Below, in pieces: positions 27,461 to 43,030 of a stretch of 64,000 bases of DNA. The stretch's first letter is position 1; every line of letters starts with the position of its first letter. The stretch is from NCBI GenBank assembly GCA_951406725.2, contig OX597822.1, forward strand, positions 7,378,001-7,442,000, in the 5' to 3' direction. The DNA is from Octopus vulgaris. Lineage: Eukaryota. Under the pieces are notes generated by a model. The model did no database searches. It was given only the letters and a program-made list of their open reading frames with translations, and was not told the DNA's origin. The translations under genes and the position numbers were made by a program.

Positions 27461-29189
27461 GTCTCTAAAGTTGAAGCCTAGACTCATATAATGGACGAAA
27501 ACAAAACAACAGCCACGGTTCAGGTGCATCATAGGATGATGTTATAAACAGTACATATAAATATTGGCTTTTTCTTTGCCGTGAAGTTAAAAGGACATTC
27601 TTTGAACATGTGTGAGTCGTCTTTAACATAAAGTTCAAATCCTCCAGCCAGCGCACACATAGTAGCACCCCGAATTTGAAGAGTTAAAATACACATCCAT
27701 ATATGTTTTAAGTCTGATAACGGCAGCAAAGCAATTGACTAAAGGTAACATAACATTATTGAGATAAAACCAAAAAATATACGGTAAGTGCCATTTTAGA
27801 GTTTGATTTAAAATCAGTTAATATCAGACTAACTAAAATTCTAAAATAGTGAAATGTCACACCTTCTTACAAACAAGTATGGAAGCCGTGGTTTAATCCA
27901 ATGGCGGCTTTATTGAATAAATTATATCTGTGAAAATGAGATTTTATTTTCACTACTGTGTATGTAAACGACAGTTTATTCACTGCACACTGTACATATA
28001 TATAAATATGTACAGGGTGCAGTGAATAAACTGTGTAGTGTTGGCGATTTTTCACTTCCGTCTTCCCTTCTTTGGATCTTTCCTTTGAGGATGTTTGTCA
28101 GATATTCACTATCGATAAGTTCATATGCGGATAAACTTGTTTGCATAAATAAATTAAAAATATTTAATTTCACCAACACACAGTTAATATTTTGGAACTT
28201 TACAGCAATATATCCAATAACATATCAATTGGTTTTAGATAAAAGCTGTGTTTATTTATAATTATAAATATCCTGCATGCTTTAAAAATTCAGTGTGGAC
28301 ACAAAGAAGCGAAATGTGGAAATATCGGATTCAATTGACTAAAATGGATCCCATCAGCGATGTAGTTGTTCCTTACCTGGCCACCAAGGATGTGTGTAAC
28401 ATAAATTAATCTGCTAATCTCTGCGGTATTTTCTGGTGCCTACTGCAGAGGGCTTATTGAGCCTGCATTCCTACTAGTGAAGCATTTATTGGCAGCCTAC
28501 TAATATGGTATCACCCTACTAATATGGTATTATTTTAAATTCAGTATAAATGAAAAACTTAGTTCCCAAATATATGGAGTTGTTCGAACGTTTGAATTGC
28601 CAACTGTTAGCATATAACAAATACTCATGCAGACCTGATCACAATGGTCGGTGCTCAAGACCCAAATAAAGGGAAGGCACTCAATCCCGGGATCATCTTG
28701 ATTCGAAAAAGGTGTAATATATCCCTGTAGACTAAATGTAGATTGTTATAGAGGGGTCCCGGATAGACGGAGAGACAGAATTTTGCGTATATTATTATAA
28801 ATGTTTCAGGAAGCTATATCCTCCAATGTATGTTAAGTCATCCTCTTAAGGTATCTCTATGAACGACATAATTTATTTAACAGCACATTTGAGTAGGCAA
28901 GATGGCACAATCGTTAGGAAGCATAGCAAAATTCCGCTAAGATCGATTTTACCTGTTATCTAGTTGGGTTCGGCCAAATAAGTACCAAATAAGTGCCAGT
29001 TGATGGAATCGACACTCCCCAGATCCGAAGTTCTTTGCCTTGTGCCAAAATTTGAAATCAGTATTTTGACAGAATATGGTTCTTACATTACAACACACCG
29101 TAGAATACGTTACTATATATCATAGGCTATTACTGCAAGGACATCGTGTGTGTATATATGTATGTATGTATCTGTATATACGTATACGT

Positions 29190-29258
<69 letters not shown>

Positions 29259-29599
29259 TATTCATATTATCATAGAGTTGAACTGGATAAACATGTGGAA
29301 ATCCGGATGTATCCGTAGAGTCTATGCAAAAGAATTTTAATACGAGAAGGTGGAATGAACAGACTTAATTACAAACTGCCAGCATTATTTCGGCACATCG
29401 TTACAAGCTGGTTATTGCTGAACGTTATACATATATTATACACCTTATTGTGTTAATGTAATCCAACAATAGCTGCCCATAGAGACGCCTTCAGGTGAGT
29501 ATGCTGGCATTGTGCCAAAAGTTGAAACTTCTATACCATGCTGAACAATGCGGAGAGAATCGGACCTGTTACGTCATTCTGAATATTAATTTAATAAGA

Positions 29600-29780
29600 C
29601 GATGCGAACTGCCTGAATTGTTTCCGCGTGGATAATTTCGTTAGAATCCTTAGTTCAAAATGCCGCCTTTCACTCTTCTGGGTTGAATAGAATAAGAAGT
29701 AATTGAGTGATGGGTTCGATGTAATCGATGAGCTACTGCTCCTGAAATTGCTGGCCTTGTGTCAATTTGAAACCAGTATT
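29600..29780 (+). mobile_element. Degenerate Nin-type SINE
   Basis: AGTTCAAAATGCCGCCTTTCACTCTTCTGGGTTGAATAGAATAAG...GATGTAATCGA...TTGCTGGCCTTGTGTCAATTTGAAACCA; related remnants at ~28895-29062 (+), ~34665-34830 (-) and ~40510-40615 (-). Confidence 0.5.
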
Positions 29781-30522
29781 AATTTATTAACTTCCATTAA
29801 TGGAATGAGCTAAACTTTGTAATATTATTTGGTGAAAAAATATCATTATATTCGTTCATGTTGCTTTATCGACTGAAACATATTGATGTCTATATCTGCC
29901 TCCATATAATGCAATGCTAATATTTTAAGCTTTGAACTGCAAGGTGAGGTGTAGCCATTTTAATCGGCAGGAGAATAGAAATAACTTATGACACGCATGT
30001 AGCGATACATCATTCCACTACGACCACACGCTCACGCTCACGCTCACACACACACAAACACACACACACACGCACACACAAAGAAAAACAAACAAACACA
30101 CATATACACAGTTATATATTATTGTTACTGTATTCGTACATTTTTTTCTAATTACTACGTTTTCATCTTACTACGTTTTCATCCATGTATTTTCCGATCT
30201 CTCTATCTAGCTGTCGCTTCCCACTCTATTTAAATATGCAACGGCTCAACCCAACTCTATCTTTGTTCTAACTTTCTGGTATTTGTTTACTGCCTCTTTC
30301 TCCCATACCCGCCAAGTAAGTTCTTGTTTTTAAGCTATCTTTTTTTCTTCTTTGCTTTCACCGGTCTACGAGTCCGATTTTTACCTATTTGCTAATTTGA
30401 GAACACTTCGTTTTTCCGATCGAACGACAGATAATTTTCCCCCTTACAGTGCATTAACATGTCAATCTCTCTGTATGTTTCCCCAGTACTATATTTCTCT
30501 ATCCTTTCTAATTAGTTAAATA

Positions 30523-30820
30523 CTAGCAGTATCGCCCGGCGTTGCTCGGGTTTGTAAGGGAAATAACTATATAAGCATTTTTATAGAGTTATAGACAAAA
30601 AATAGCAAAGAAATGCATTAAAAATGGAAAAAAAATGATGGTAATTTTTTTTAAATCGTGGACTCATCGTAGACGCGCGCTAATACCCAGAAGGGCTTGA
30701 TATGAAGCACGACTATAAGATACCCGGTTTTGGTTAAACTGCACCGCAAAATGTGGGAGTAGTTAGGAATCTAAATCGTAGGAGAGAGACAGCACACAAC
30801 CTCACTTTTATATATAAAGA
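30523..30820 (-). mobile_element. Non-autonomous Helitron
   Basis: Minus strand begins TC(TTTATATATAAAAGTGAGG), ends with hairpin CCCGAGCAACGCCGGG plus CTAG, and is inserted between A and T with no TSD. Confidence 0.85.
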
Positions 30821-30901
30821 TTACTCCCCTATTGATTTCTCTTTCTACAGTTTTAACAGAATACTATCTTTGGCTCTTTCCTTATTTGTGTACCTTCTCG
30901 T

Positions 30902-31230
30902 ACAGCCTGCTCGTGAAATTAACGTGTAAGTGACTGAGCACTCCACAGACACGTGTACCCTTAACGTAGTTTTCGGGGATATTCAGCGTGACACAGAGAG
31001 TGACAAGACCGGCCCTTTGAAATACAGGTACAACAGAAACAGGAAGTAAGAGTGAGAGAAAGTTGTGGTGAAATAGTACAGCAGGGATCACCACCATCCC
31101 CTGCCGGAGCCTCGTGGAGCTTTAGGTGTTTTCGCTCAATAAACACTCACAACGCCCGGTCTGGGAATCGAAACCTCGATCCTATGACCGCGAGTCCGCT
31201 GTCCTAATCACTGGGCCATTGCGTCTCCAC
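30902..31230 (-). mobile_element. SINE family A, tail type 2
   Basis: Head and central domain as in 94-270; 3' half differs and matches 21586-21683. Confidence 0.85.
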
Positions 31231-31762
31231 GCCCTGTAACATTCTATGTGTTTCTCTTGATACCCATTTGCATCTAACTCCTCATTGTCTAAGATATAAT
31301 TCCAGCACCATCTGATTTAAAAAAAAAAATGTCCTCAAGATTGCCCGAAAGGACTCTCTACTTAGTTAATTGTTTATCGTTTATACTTTTTTCTATTTCC
31401 AACTTTGCTGTGCTGTCTTTGTCTACACTTATTACATAACTCTCTTTGTACTTGTACTATAAATAATTTCCCCCTTCACATCCCTTTATCATTCTATCAT
31501 TGCATCCTTCGATCCATACCTCCTGCCTTGTATGTATCAGTTTCTCTGCTTACCTCCCTTGATTGAACACCATCTGCCTGCTGATCCTTCCCACTCTGTC
31601 TTACCCTTTCTCTATCTTTATCTCTCTCCCTCCCTGTCTATCTTCACCTATCCTTTCTTATTTCTATATGTTTAATGTCTCTGTTATTAGAAAGAGGAAT
31701 ACTATATCTACCTTTTCTTTACGTACGTAACTTTTTCCATGCACGCATCCATCTATCTTTCT

Positions 31763-33720
31763 ACTTTATTGGCTGTACAATATCTGTCACGTGGTTTATC
31801 TTAGTCATGGAGTTGATTTTGAAAGGTGTAGATTTTTCGGAACAAATCGCCCATGTACAATCGCCTAAGAAAGCCTTCATGGATGACGTGACACTTCTAG
31901 CTACAGATAAACAAATCATGCAGAATGCCCTTTTGAGATTAGACGAACTTGTAAGGTGGCCAAGGATGCGATTTAGAGCAAAAAAGTCGCGTAGTCTGAC
32001 ATTTGTTAAGGGAGTGCAGAAAGAATTTAAATTTCGAATATCTGAAGAAAGCATTCCAACAGTCAAGGAATAGCCCGTCAAGAGCTTGGGACGAGTATAC
32101 GCTGGAACATTGTCAGACAGAAGTCGTGGGATTGAAATTATGAAACAGGCCGAGGCTGGGTTATCAGCGATTGATAATTCGAAGTTACCAGGTAAATATA
32201 AAATTTGGTGCTGGCAGTTCGGCTTGTACCCGCGACTTGCGTGGCCACTTTTAATATACGAAGTAGCAAAGTCACGAGTTGAAGAAATGTAATGTGTTCA
32301 TGAGAAAGTGGCTAGGTCTACCTCGTATGTTGAACAGTAAAAGAGGTTCGTTGCAGTTACCAATAGCATCAATAGTCGAAATATATAAGTTGGGGAAGAT
32401 ACGGACGGTCATGATGCTGAGAGAATCGAAGGATATGGAAATAAGCGTAACCCACCAGAGTGAAAACAGCCAGGAAGTGGAAAGCAGAAGCAGAAACTGA
32501 CAATATCTTGTCTTCTCCTATACACAGAGATATGCTGGGAGCAACGCAGGACCATCGGAAAGGATTTGGTTCTGGCGCAGATCAGTTCAGACCGTTTGCA
32601 TGCATGATGCCGTGTGAACGCAGATCTGTTGTTAGCAACAGCGTCAAAACAAGAGAAGCAGAGAGAAGAGAGCTTCATTTGATCCGATGTGTTTATCAAG
32701 GTCAGATGACGAGATGGGAAGAACATGTTGTTGAGAGGAAGATAAGTTGGGATGAGATGTGGAAGTGGACGACATCTCGGCTGAGTTTCCTGATTCGTTC
32801 ATCTTATGATGATGTTTTGCCATCACTTACGAATCTAGTAAGATGGAACGTCTTAGAGAATGACATCTGCAAATGTGGAAAGGTCGGTACACTAAAACAT
32901 ATTCTTTCCAACTGTTCATTAGCATTGAACAGGTACACATGGAGGCACAACTTGGTCCTTAAGGTTATCTTCAATGCTATAAAGAACCAAATTCATCTCA
33001 ACAACACTGAGGAAAAATCGTTAAAAGTACCATCAAGAGATTTCATTACCTTCGTGCGACCAGGTCAGCAGATCCGTTTCAAGAAGAAGACCAAGAAACT
33101 TCCTGAGAAAAATGAAAAGTGGAACGGCTATTGGGAGGCAACTGCAGATTTACCTGGGTACCAGGTTTTCTTTCCTATCCCAATTTCGAAAAAACCAGAT
33201 ATGTTGATGTGGTGTGAAAGAAAGAAAGTTGTAAATATAGTCGAGCTAACGGTTCCTCACGAAGATAATATGGACGCCGCTCGAGCTCGAAAATTAAACC
33301 GTTAAGAAAACCTCCTCGAGGAATGTGAAGACGCAGGCTGGAAAGCGGAACATTTTCTTATCGAAGTCGGATGTAGAGGGTTTGTAGGACACAGCGTGAG
33401 ACGACTGTTGTTATCGTTAGGCCTAACTCATCGTAAAGTCAATACCACCATGACTGATATCCAATCTACAGTGGAGAAGGCTAGCCACTGGATTTGGTTA
33501 AAAAGAGACGATGAGCGATGGCTAGAAGTATATTGAGTTCTTCATAACCAGGTGATCTAGCAAGCGGGGCCTCATATCAGTGAGGGGGGGGCCGGTGCGC
33601 ATTGATGCCGTCGAGAGGTAGTCCCCGAAACGGCGCGCGTCCTCTCCTGATGACCCCATACACTTGCTAGCTTCCGATATACGGAGCTTTTTAACTGGTA
33701 GCACTTGCATGTGCAAGTTG
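31763..33720 (+). mobile_element. HERO-clade (RLE-type) non-LTR retrotransposon, 5'-truncated and pseudogenised
   Basis: RT motifs GCTISV, AFMDDVTL, KKSRSL, LPGKYKIWC; CCHC knuckle CKC..TLKHILSNC; RYTWRHN; RLE motifs KPDM..VELTVPHED and IEVGCRGF; frameshifts and stops. Confidence 0.9.
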
Positions 33721-33837
33721 TTTGCAAGACATCTAGGTAGACCAATGGTTGGAAAATAACGCTAAACCGAAATACAAAATTGAAATAACATTCAAGATGA
33801 GTGATAATGATGTTGATGAAGTCGGTGGTGATCAGAG

Positions 33838-34221
<384 letters not shown>

Positions 34222-34983
34222 CTGTAGATGTAACATTGGTGAAGTTGGTGGCAGCAGTCACAGATGTGCTGAGGATCGTCTATATGGCTATGGACATTGT
34301 TATGATGACAGAAATATTGATCCTCCTCGATGTAAAAAGAATGACAAGAATGATGGATAAGGATAATGATGGTAATGACGATGGTAATGATTATGTTATA
34401 GGTTTTTTGGGATAATGATGGTGATAATTGTGAGAGTGAAGGATAACTATCCCATGATATCCATGTGGATGTTGCAATACAATATAAAAAAAAGTTGAAA
34501 TAGAAGAAAGTGGGAAGGGAATGAGATAAGAAAAAACGTGTTGGACCTAAAGAAGCCATAATTTAAACGTTAGATTTGGCATTAGAATTAGTTGTGCGTG
34601 TTGGAGTACGAAAAAGATTAGTAACAATAGTTTCACCAACAGAATGAGTGCTACTATTTACTGTTTCTAATTTTGGTGCAAGGTCGGCGACTTGGAAAGA
34701 GGAATAAATCAATTACTTCGATTTCATATCCAACTGGTTCTTATTTTCTCACCAGCTCTCCAAATAAACGAAAGACAATGCTGACTCCAGTGAAAGTCCA
34801 ACTGAGAAGGTAAAGGCGGAGAAAATGAATGTTTTGTTCTTTAATAAGGAGGTATTTCTCTAGTGTCATCGCTACTCCCCCTTGCCAAGCTTTCGGTTAT
34901 ATTTCAACATCTCTTAATCTTCACTTGCCTCAAAGCGCTGGGTGTAGCCCGGTAAATGAGGCAAATTAAAATAATCAACATTG

Positions 34984-35039
<56 letters not shown>

Positions 35040-35041
<2 letters not shown>

Positions 35042-35373
35042 GAAATGCAACCATGAGATAGAGAATAGGAAGCCGGATATAGTCCTAATTGAGAAAGAAA
35101 ACAAACAATTCTGGATTATAGACATAGCATGCCCAGCTGACAGAAAGGCATGCGATAAGAAACAAAGAAAATTCGAGAGATATGACAGGTTAGCTTGGGA
35201 AGTTAAGCAGATGTGGTCGATGAAAAAGGTAGCAGTAGTAACAATAATTCTCGGATCCCTGGGAACAATGAGCAAACATCTCGAGACGTACGTGGAAAAA
35301 ATAGGGGCAGCAATAATGTTAGAGCATTTGCAAAAAACAGTAGTGCTTGGAACCGCTCGAATACTCCGGAAGG
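35040..35373 (+). mobile_element. R4/Dong-type LINE 3' fragment (RLE domain) following (TAA)n
   Basis: NRKPDIVLIEKENKQFWIIDIACP...LAWEVKQMW...ILGSLG...LQKTVVLGTARILRKV. Confidence 0.85.
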
Positions 35374-35530
35374 TACATTATTTACATTATTTACATTATT
35401 TACATTCGACGGATATTTGTCCTCATCTTGTGTGTTGTTAATACAACGTTTCGGCTCATATACCCTCCAGCTTTCCTCAGGTGTTTTGGGGAAATTTCGA
35501 ACCTGGGTTCTCATTCCTAACGTATTCTTA
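35374..35530 (-). mobile_element. Hammerhead-bearing SINE tail (same family as 52685-53134); motif at 35440-35485
   Basis: Minus strand AACAC-CUGAGGA-AAGCU...AGCC-GAAA-CGUU-GUAUU; ends in (AATAATGTA)3. Confidence 0.8.
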
Positions 35531-35589
35531 GCCTGCGATAACATTCACTTCTGATCCTTTCCCTCGTCACTGAATGTTTGATTCCGTCC

Positions 35590-37150
35590 CCTTCAAATAT
35601 CCTTGGGTATTTTTTTAGCTCTCCGCTAGTTCTAACTCCTTTATGACATTATGGTGGTAAAGATTACCGTTAGATGTTTCTGTCATCTTACTTTTGATAA
35701 AGGTAGCTTTTGCACATTTATCGATGCCAAATTGCATCCTGATGTCCTGCTTGAATTGTTTAACAATCTCTACTAAACCCAGTAGTTTGTTGGTCATTTT
35801 TTGCAAAGAGCTTTAAATCATCCATGTAAATGAGATGATTTATATTTTTAGCAAACATTTTATAACAGTATTGTATATCAATGAGCAATTACAAGAGAGG
35901 GATTAAGACTAGACAAAAGAGGAGTAGTGATAGCGAGTCACACTGGAAAATCCCACCTGAAATTCTTACATCTCCAGTATTAAAAGATTCAGTGTCACTG
36001 TTTAAAGTCAGTGCGGTTCTCCATGATCTCATACTTACAAACAAGTGGTTTTGCAAAATAGGTGCTATTTTATACATTTCCAAACATTTCTTAATCGAGC
36101 TGTGTGGTAGACTATCAAAAGCTTTTTTATACTCTATTCAAGCTATCGAAAAGTTTTTGTGTCGTTTGTAACGATCATCCAAGACCATCTTATTGATGAA
36201 ACGCTGATCTTTACAACGATGGAAGCCACATTTCCATCCTTTGTGCTCGTTAGGGAATATGCTATTTTCTATTAACGAAATATAAGTATATTCAGTCACG
36301 ACACTTGTTAGTATTTTATTCATTGTTGTTAAGCATGTTATGGGTCCATAATTTTTTGGTTCATTTGGTTCCTCATTTTTTGGAAATAGGAATGTTAGAA
36401 CATAAACTAGCCAAGAGGGAATCATATTAGATTGTTGCAAAACATTGTTTTAAAGTCTTGTTATCAGGTCATGGCTCACTTTTGGAATGCATTCAACCAA
36501 AACTTACGAATTTTATCCTTTGCTGGAGACTTCCTGAGAGCAGATCTACCTTGATACTCTCCCACGTTTGCTCTTCTAAGGAGTTTGAGACTGCGGATAT
36601 TCTATCAATACAAAGGAGCCTTTTCATTTTGTGTTTTTTTCTTCTGCCCAAATTGTATTCCAAAATTCCTGCACTTCTTTAGATGGGGCATACTTTACTG
36701 CAATTGGTATTTCCTCTGTCTTCCTGTAAGACCATTTTGGGTTATTTTTTAAACTGCTGTTGTCCTTGAAGAATCTAACGCGCTTTTCATACCTTACTAT
36801 GTGGGCAGCTTTAGCACATACCTTTTGACTTATGTTTTCTGTGGTGGTATCGATGTTAGATATGGTTTTCATATTTTATTTTTTCTTTAATTTTCAGGCT
36901 TTTGTTGATTTGATAGTCTTGTCAAACTTAAGGTTTTTAAACATTCTACGTCAGACATAAGTAGCTGAATTTGGTTTTGAATTCCCTCTTGCCAAGAACG
37001 CATTTTTGTGAGAATGTTGTCATTTTCAAATCTTTTCACCACATAGAATCATTCAGATTTTCCCGGATGCATAGTGCAGGTGGTTGAGATCTGCAATATC
37101 AACATCATTAGCTGAAATGTATCCTTAATTGCAAAGCAGATTTTACCAAT
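35590..37150 (-). mobile_element. R4/Dong-type LINE RT region, decayed
   Basis: PKNYGPITCL, CKDQRFINK, GIFQCDSLSLLLFCL, HLIYMDDLKLF, MQFGIDKCAK. Confidence 0.88.
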
Positions 37151-37814
37151 TATCTTCAAGTTTTGGTTAGAATAGCGAATTTTTGGGACAGTGTAGCATT
37201 CATTCATGCTGGTCTCTTTGATTTTCAGCTATTCAGTCGTGATTTGATTTTTAAAATCAAACTTCTATTTGATTTACATATACCTTAGTCTTTATGGGTT
37301 TTTCAGAGAGTAGTTCACTTTGCTTAACAGTTACATTAACTCTTTCAATCATCATTGCATTTTCATCAGCCCTGCGCTGGTCTATAGTTATAATAGTTGC
37401 ATAAACATTGAGATGTAAACATTGGGACGTATGTGTAGTCCTATAGGTATTAACATTTATATATGATTGTGTAGATATTCGACTGTAAGTGTAATTACTC
37501 AATCTATGCACTTAGTTTTTTGTTCCATTTATATTTTATAATTTATAAAGTTTCTGGTGTTGATCTCACTTGCGTGCTTCTCGCATATTTCACTGCGACA
37601 TCATGCATAGAATAAAATGTTCTTTGTATTGCAGTAAAATTCCGTTTTTGTGATTATTTTCGTTAAAAGACTTTTCCCTTCAATTCTTCCACAGTTTCCT
37701 TTATCCCATTCGATTTGTTTTTGGGTGGGGAGCCCGTTGTAGAACACCCATGTTATTTAGTTCGGAGCTCCTTACAATCATCTTCATTATTACTATTATT
37801 ATCATTATTATTAT

Positions 37815-38370
37815 TGAGTGAGAGAGCAATGAATGCCATCAAAGTGACACTGGGGTAAAATATACAAAGCCCAGTATACATATCATAACTACCCGTCTGA
37901 TAAGGGTACACTAGACACATGCATGAAACATATATGCGAGACCTGGTGATCTCATATCAAGATAAACAGCACATGACCTTGCAGGTGGTGCCCAATTAGA
38001 ATTTTCGTGAGGTCGAGTAACCCATCCAGCTCAACAGGTCCCTGAATAAGGGTTGTTTAAGGATGTTAAACGAAACACCCCTGTTTCCAGAGGTGAATTA
38101 TTCAAATCCCAAAGAATCCCTCTCAACACATGGCGTTGATGATCCCCCACTACTTCTGCTCGTGATCAGGTATGCACATATCGTCAGCCACTAAGAGACA
38201 TGGTCAACTGGTTAAGGTCAAACAACTGACAAGCAAATCTGTGTTATTGAGCAGAATATTTGCTGTAGCCCATCTTTTATACCAAGACAAAACAATGTAC
38301 ATGATAGCACTTCCAATCAGTTGAAATCAGAAGCCACGAGGGCCATTGCCTGGTACTGCATCGAGGTATT
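37815..38370. mobile_element. Non-coding ~550 bp element embedded in (TAA)n arrays
   Basis: Sharp composition change; (TTA)n on both sides; no ORF; single copy in the window. Confidence 0.45.
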
Positions 38371-38381
38371 CATTATTATTA

Positions 38382-38464
<83 letters not shown>

Positions 38465-38505
38465 ATTATTAATATTATTATTATTATTATCATTATTATT
38501 ATTAT

Positions 38506-39835
<1,330 letters not shown>

Positions 39836-40460
39836 CACGAATCCTCAGGAATGAGAAAGTGTCTCCGTTGTACCGCATCTGCAATAAAGTGGAGGAAACC
39901 ATTACCCACATCACGAATGCATACCCTAGACATGCATAAAACCTCAACAAGTTGTGACAACATGATTAGGTAGCGAAAGATCTACATTGGAAAATGTGCA
40001 AAAAGTGGAGGCTAGTGAGAAGGAAGACGTTGTATGAGCACAAACCGCAAAGAGTGAAAGCGTCGGAGATCAGGGCCTAAAGTATAAAAGACTACACATA
40101 GTGATGTTTGACAAGGTGTACCCCATATGCTATATAGATGACATTTCCTGCCCATTTGGCCTACGAATAGTCAAGAAGGAAGGAAAAAAGATAGACATAA
40201 CCCTCTTAAGTACGATATAGCCCGGCTATGGAAAATGAAGATGAAGATAGTGCCAATTATTGTTAGGAACTTGGGAATAGTACGATAGGCATCAAGAGGA
40301 GTATTAAGGAAATTTAAATAGAGTGCCCATGAGAATTGTTACAAAAAGTTTGCCTACTTGGCACGGGTGGAATAAGGAAAGTATTAGATAACTGAAAAGA
40401 ACGAATAGCATGGTAGCGTAGGCATGAAAGACTCCAGCAGCTCCAATAAATCCTGTGATA
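39836..40460 (+). mobile_element. R4/Dong-type LINE 3' fragment, decayed
   Basis: CNKVEETITHIT, VAKDLHWKMCKKW, YEHKPQRV, LKYDIARLWKM, LLQKVCLLGT. Confidence 0.75.
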
Positions 40461-42065
40461 AAGAGAAAAAAATAGTAACTATATTTTTATATTTTTTACA
40501 CAAATGAAGTAATGACTCAATTACATCGACACAACAATTTAACTGGTACTTATTTTATCAGGCCCAAAAGCATAAAGAGTAAAGTTGTCCCCGGCGGAAT
40601 TTTAATTGTAGTAATTAAGGGCCACCACATGTGTTCCATATAAACGGAGTAACACCCAGAAGAACCAGGAAGACCGAGGGAAGATGGGTCACGCTGACAG
40701 GCCATGGCATTGCATTGATTTCCCCCTTGTCATATGTTCTTTGTGTATCGTTACCTGCCTTCCTCATATTTCTTCAATTTCCCCATTTTTTCGGTTTTCG
40801 AGGGTACCTGAAAAAATGGTGAGGCCTGGGTCAAAGATGAACATGTTTTCAATCCTTCCAGTCTCATCCCCCATCCAAAATCTTCTGAACAAAGGCGGGT
40901 ACAGAATATATTTTCTCTCACGTTGGAAGAGTCGGTTGTATCCCAGCCATTGCTGTTTCGGAAGAGCATTTTGGAAGAGTGTGAGCTGATTATGAAAAAT
41001 AACCAACTCACACTCTTGTCTGCTGCAAGACATTTATTCCCAACCTCTTTGCAGACGGTGCATACAAATGATGCTTAGGTTTAGGCAAGGGTATTTTAGC
41101 TTGGATTAATTAGTAGTGAGAAAATCGATGATCGACCTTCTTATACATATTCACAACACGTACCGTGCGTAAGATTGTATAATATAGTCCAAGGCTTATC
41201 CCTTACCATATGTTTTGTATAATGTGCAGGATGGTCGGCGTCCGTTGCTGGCTACGCAAGTGACGTCATTAAAAATATCTCAGTGATTAAGCGACAAAAA
41301 AAAAGCACAGAGCGTAGTTATGATATTTGCAGTATTTTAGCGTCGTTTCAATCAGGCAGGCCCATATTGAATGACGTTCCTATTATGGCTATCCCCAAAT
41401 TTTAGTGGGATATTATCGAAAATATCACCAAATGTGTTTAATATTATGAAGATTTAGTAACTACGATTAGTAGTCAACGTAATTCGTAGAGGTACCTTTA
41501 CTGGTTAGATTATTGATGAAGATTAATTGGGAGATCTTAGAACGAAAATTGAATCGTGTTTGGTATGATGTCTGGTACATATAACTGATGAAGACAAACT
41601 GTCAGAGTGATTGAATGAATTTAAATAGCAACTGCTTTTAGATGGTGAAGCATGCGAAAATTACATATTATATCAGCGATGTGACAAAAACATATTGTTC
41701 ATGTATTCAGTTTGTGATAGCCACATATTACCGTCTGAAAACTTTCAATCATTCTCCGGTTTTCATTATGCTGTTGTGTGATAAAATTGCAGAATTGCGC
41801 ACGTATACGAATATATAGACAAAACGATTTCTTTGACGTAATTAAAGGATTACTAGTCTTGCAAAAAATATAACATTATTCGCCATCATCGACAACAAAA
41901 ATAGTGCAGCCCCGCGCACACACACGCGCGATCATACATGCACGCATGCACGCGCGCGCGCGCACAGACACACAAAAACTTAAAAATCGCGCGGGTATAC
42001 ACATACACACATGCAATATACACACATGCATGCACGCATACACACACGCACATATATATATATAT

Positions 42066-42632
42066 GAGGAACAATCAAAGCCAAGGCTTTTAGAATAAGC
42101 GAATTAGGGTAAGGTGTATTTGAAGTCTTACAGTCGTTTCTTGGTTAGTATGTCTGTGCACAGGGCATTCCGTCATCAGAGACAAGGTAGGAATATTTTA
42201 GAAGGGGAAAATTTACAGTTTTAGTTAGACTGCCTGGATTTACCTGGGATTTTAAATAAAACCTTTTACCCTTATGGATGTACCGACACGCATCCATAAA
42301 CTCTGTAAAAAGATGAGTTGTGAACATTATTCTCCTGCCTATATTCAATTTAACTACTTTTATACTTTATTCTTCTACTTTACTATTTTTTTCATCTATT
42401 TTATTCCATATAAACTGAATATTATTCCTCGTAAACTGTAATGTTTCTCCTTCTAAAATTTCCATACCTTGTCTCTGATGACGGAATAGCTAGTGTAAGT
42501 GCATGCTAAGCAATTCTTTGCATCATTCCAGAGACCCAGAAACAGCTGCAAGACTTCAAATTCACCTTACCCTAATTAAATTATTCTAAACGACTTGAGA
42601 TACTCGTTCTGCCTTGGTCTTGATTCTTCCTC
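42066..42632. mobile_element. Penelope-like element with inverted hammerhead-bearing arms
   Basis: 42066-42222 is inverted relative to 42432-42632; motifs GUCU-CUGAUGA...GAAA-CGACUG-UA-AGAC (42125-42183, minus) and GUCU-CUGAUGA...GAAA-CAGCUG-CA-AGAC (42471-42554, plus). Confidence 0.8.
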
Positions 42633-42661
42633 CACATATAATATATACATACATACAAAAC

Positions 42662-42749
<88 letters not shown>

Positions 42750-42751
42750 AT

Positions 42752-42830
42752 ACCGGAGTAAACACATAAATGTGAATCAAGGTGGAAAAAGAGTAACAGG
42801 TTGAATTTTCTGCTACTTTAAATAAAGTAT
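42752..42830. mobile_element. Collapsed remnant of the 24205-25411 family
   Basis: Reverse complement of 25367-25411 joined at GAGTA to a plus-strand copy of 25298-25343. Confidence 0.65.
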
Positions 42831-42839
42831 ATGTATATA

Positions 42840-42908
<69 letters not shown>

Positions 42909-43030
42909 TAATGGTATCATTGACACCCAAATGTATCAGGTACTGCTGAATAAGTGCTATAGACAAACAATAGTTAAGTTCCAGGTTCGGTAATTTTGCG
43001 AATAAGGGTCATATGTCTGCCTGTGCATAC

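Noticed and set aside
33590-33660. Possible hammerhead in the HERO 3' UTR (TTGATG...CGAAACGG)
   Set aside because: Core and cleavage triplet do not fit convincingly.
40620-41040. GC-richer block with overlapping ORFs, possibly a decayed RLE LINE
   Set aside because: Only a vague KLKKYEE similarity; not supportable without a search.
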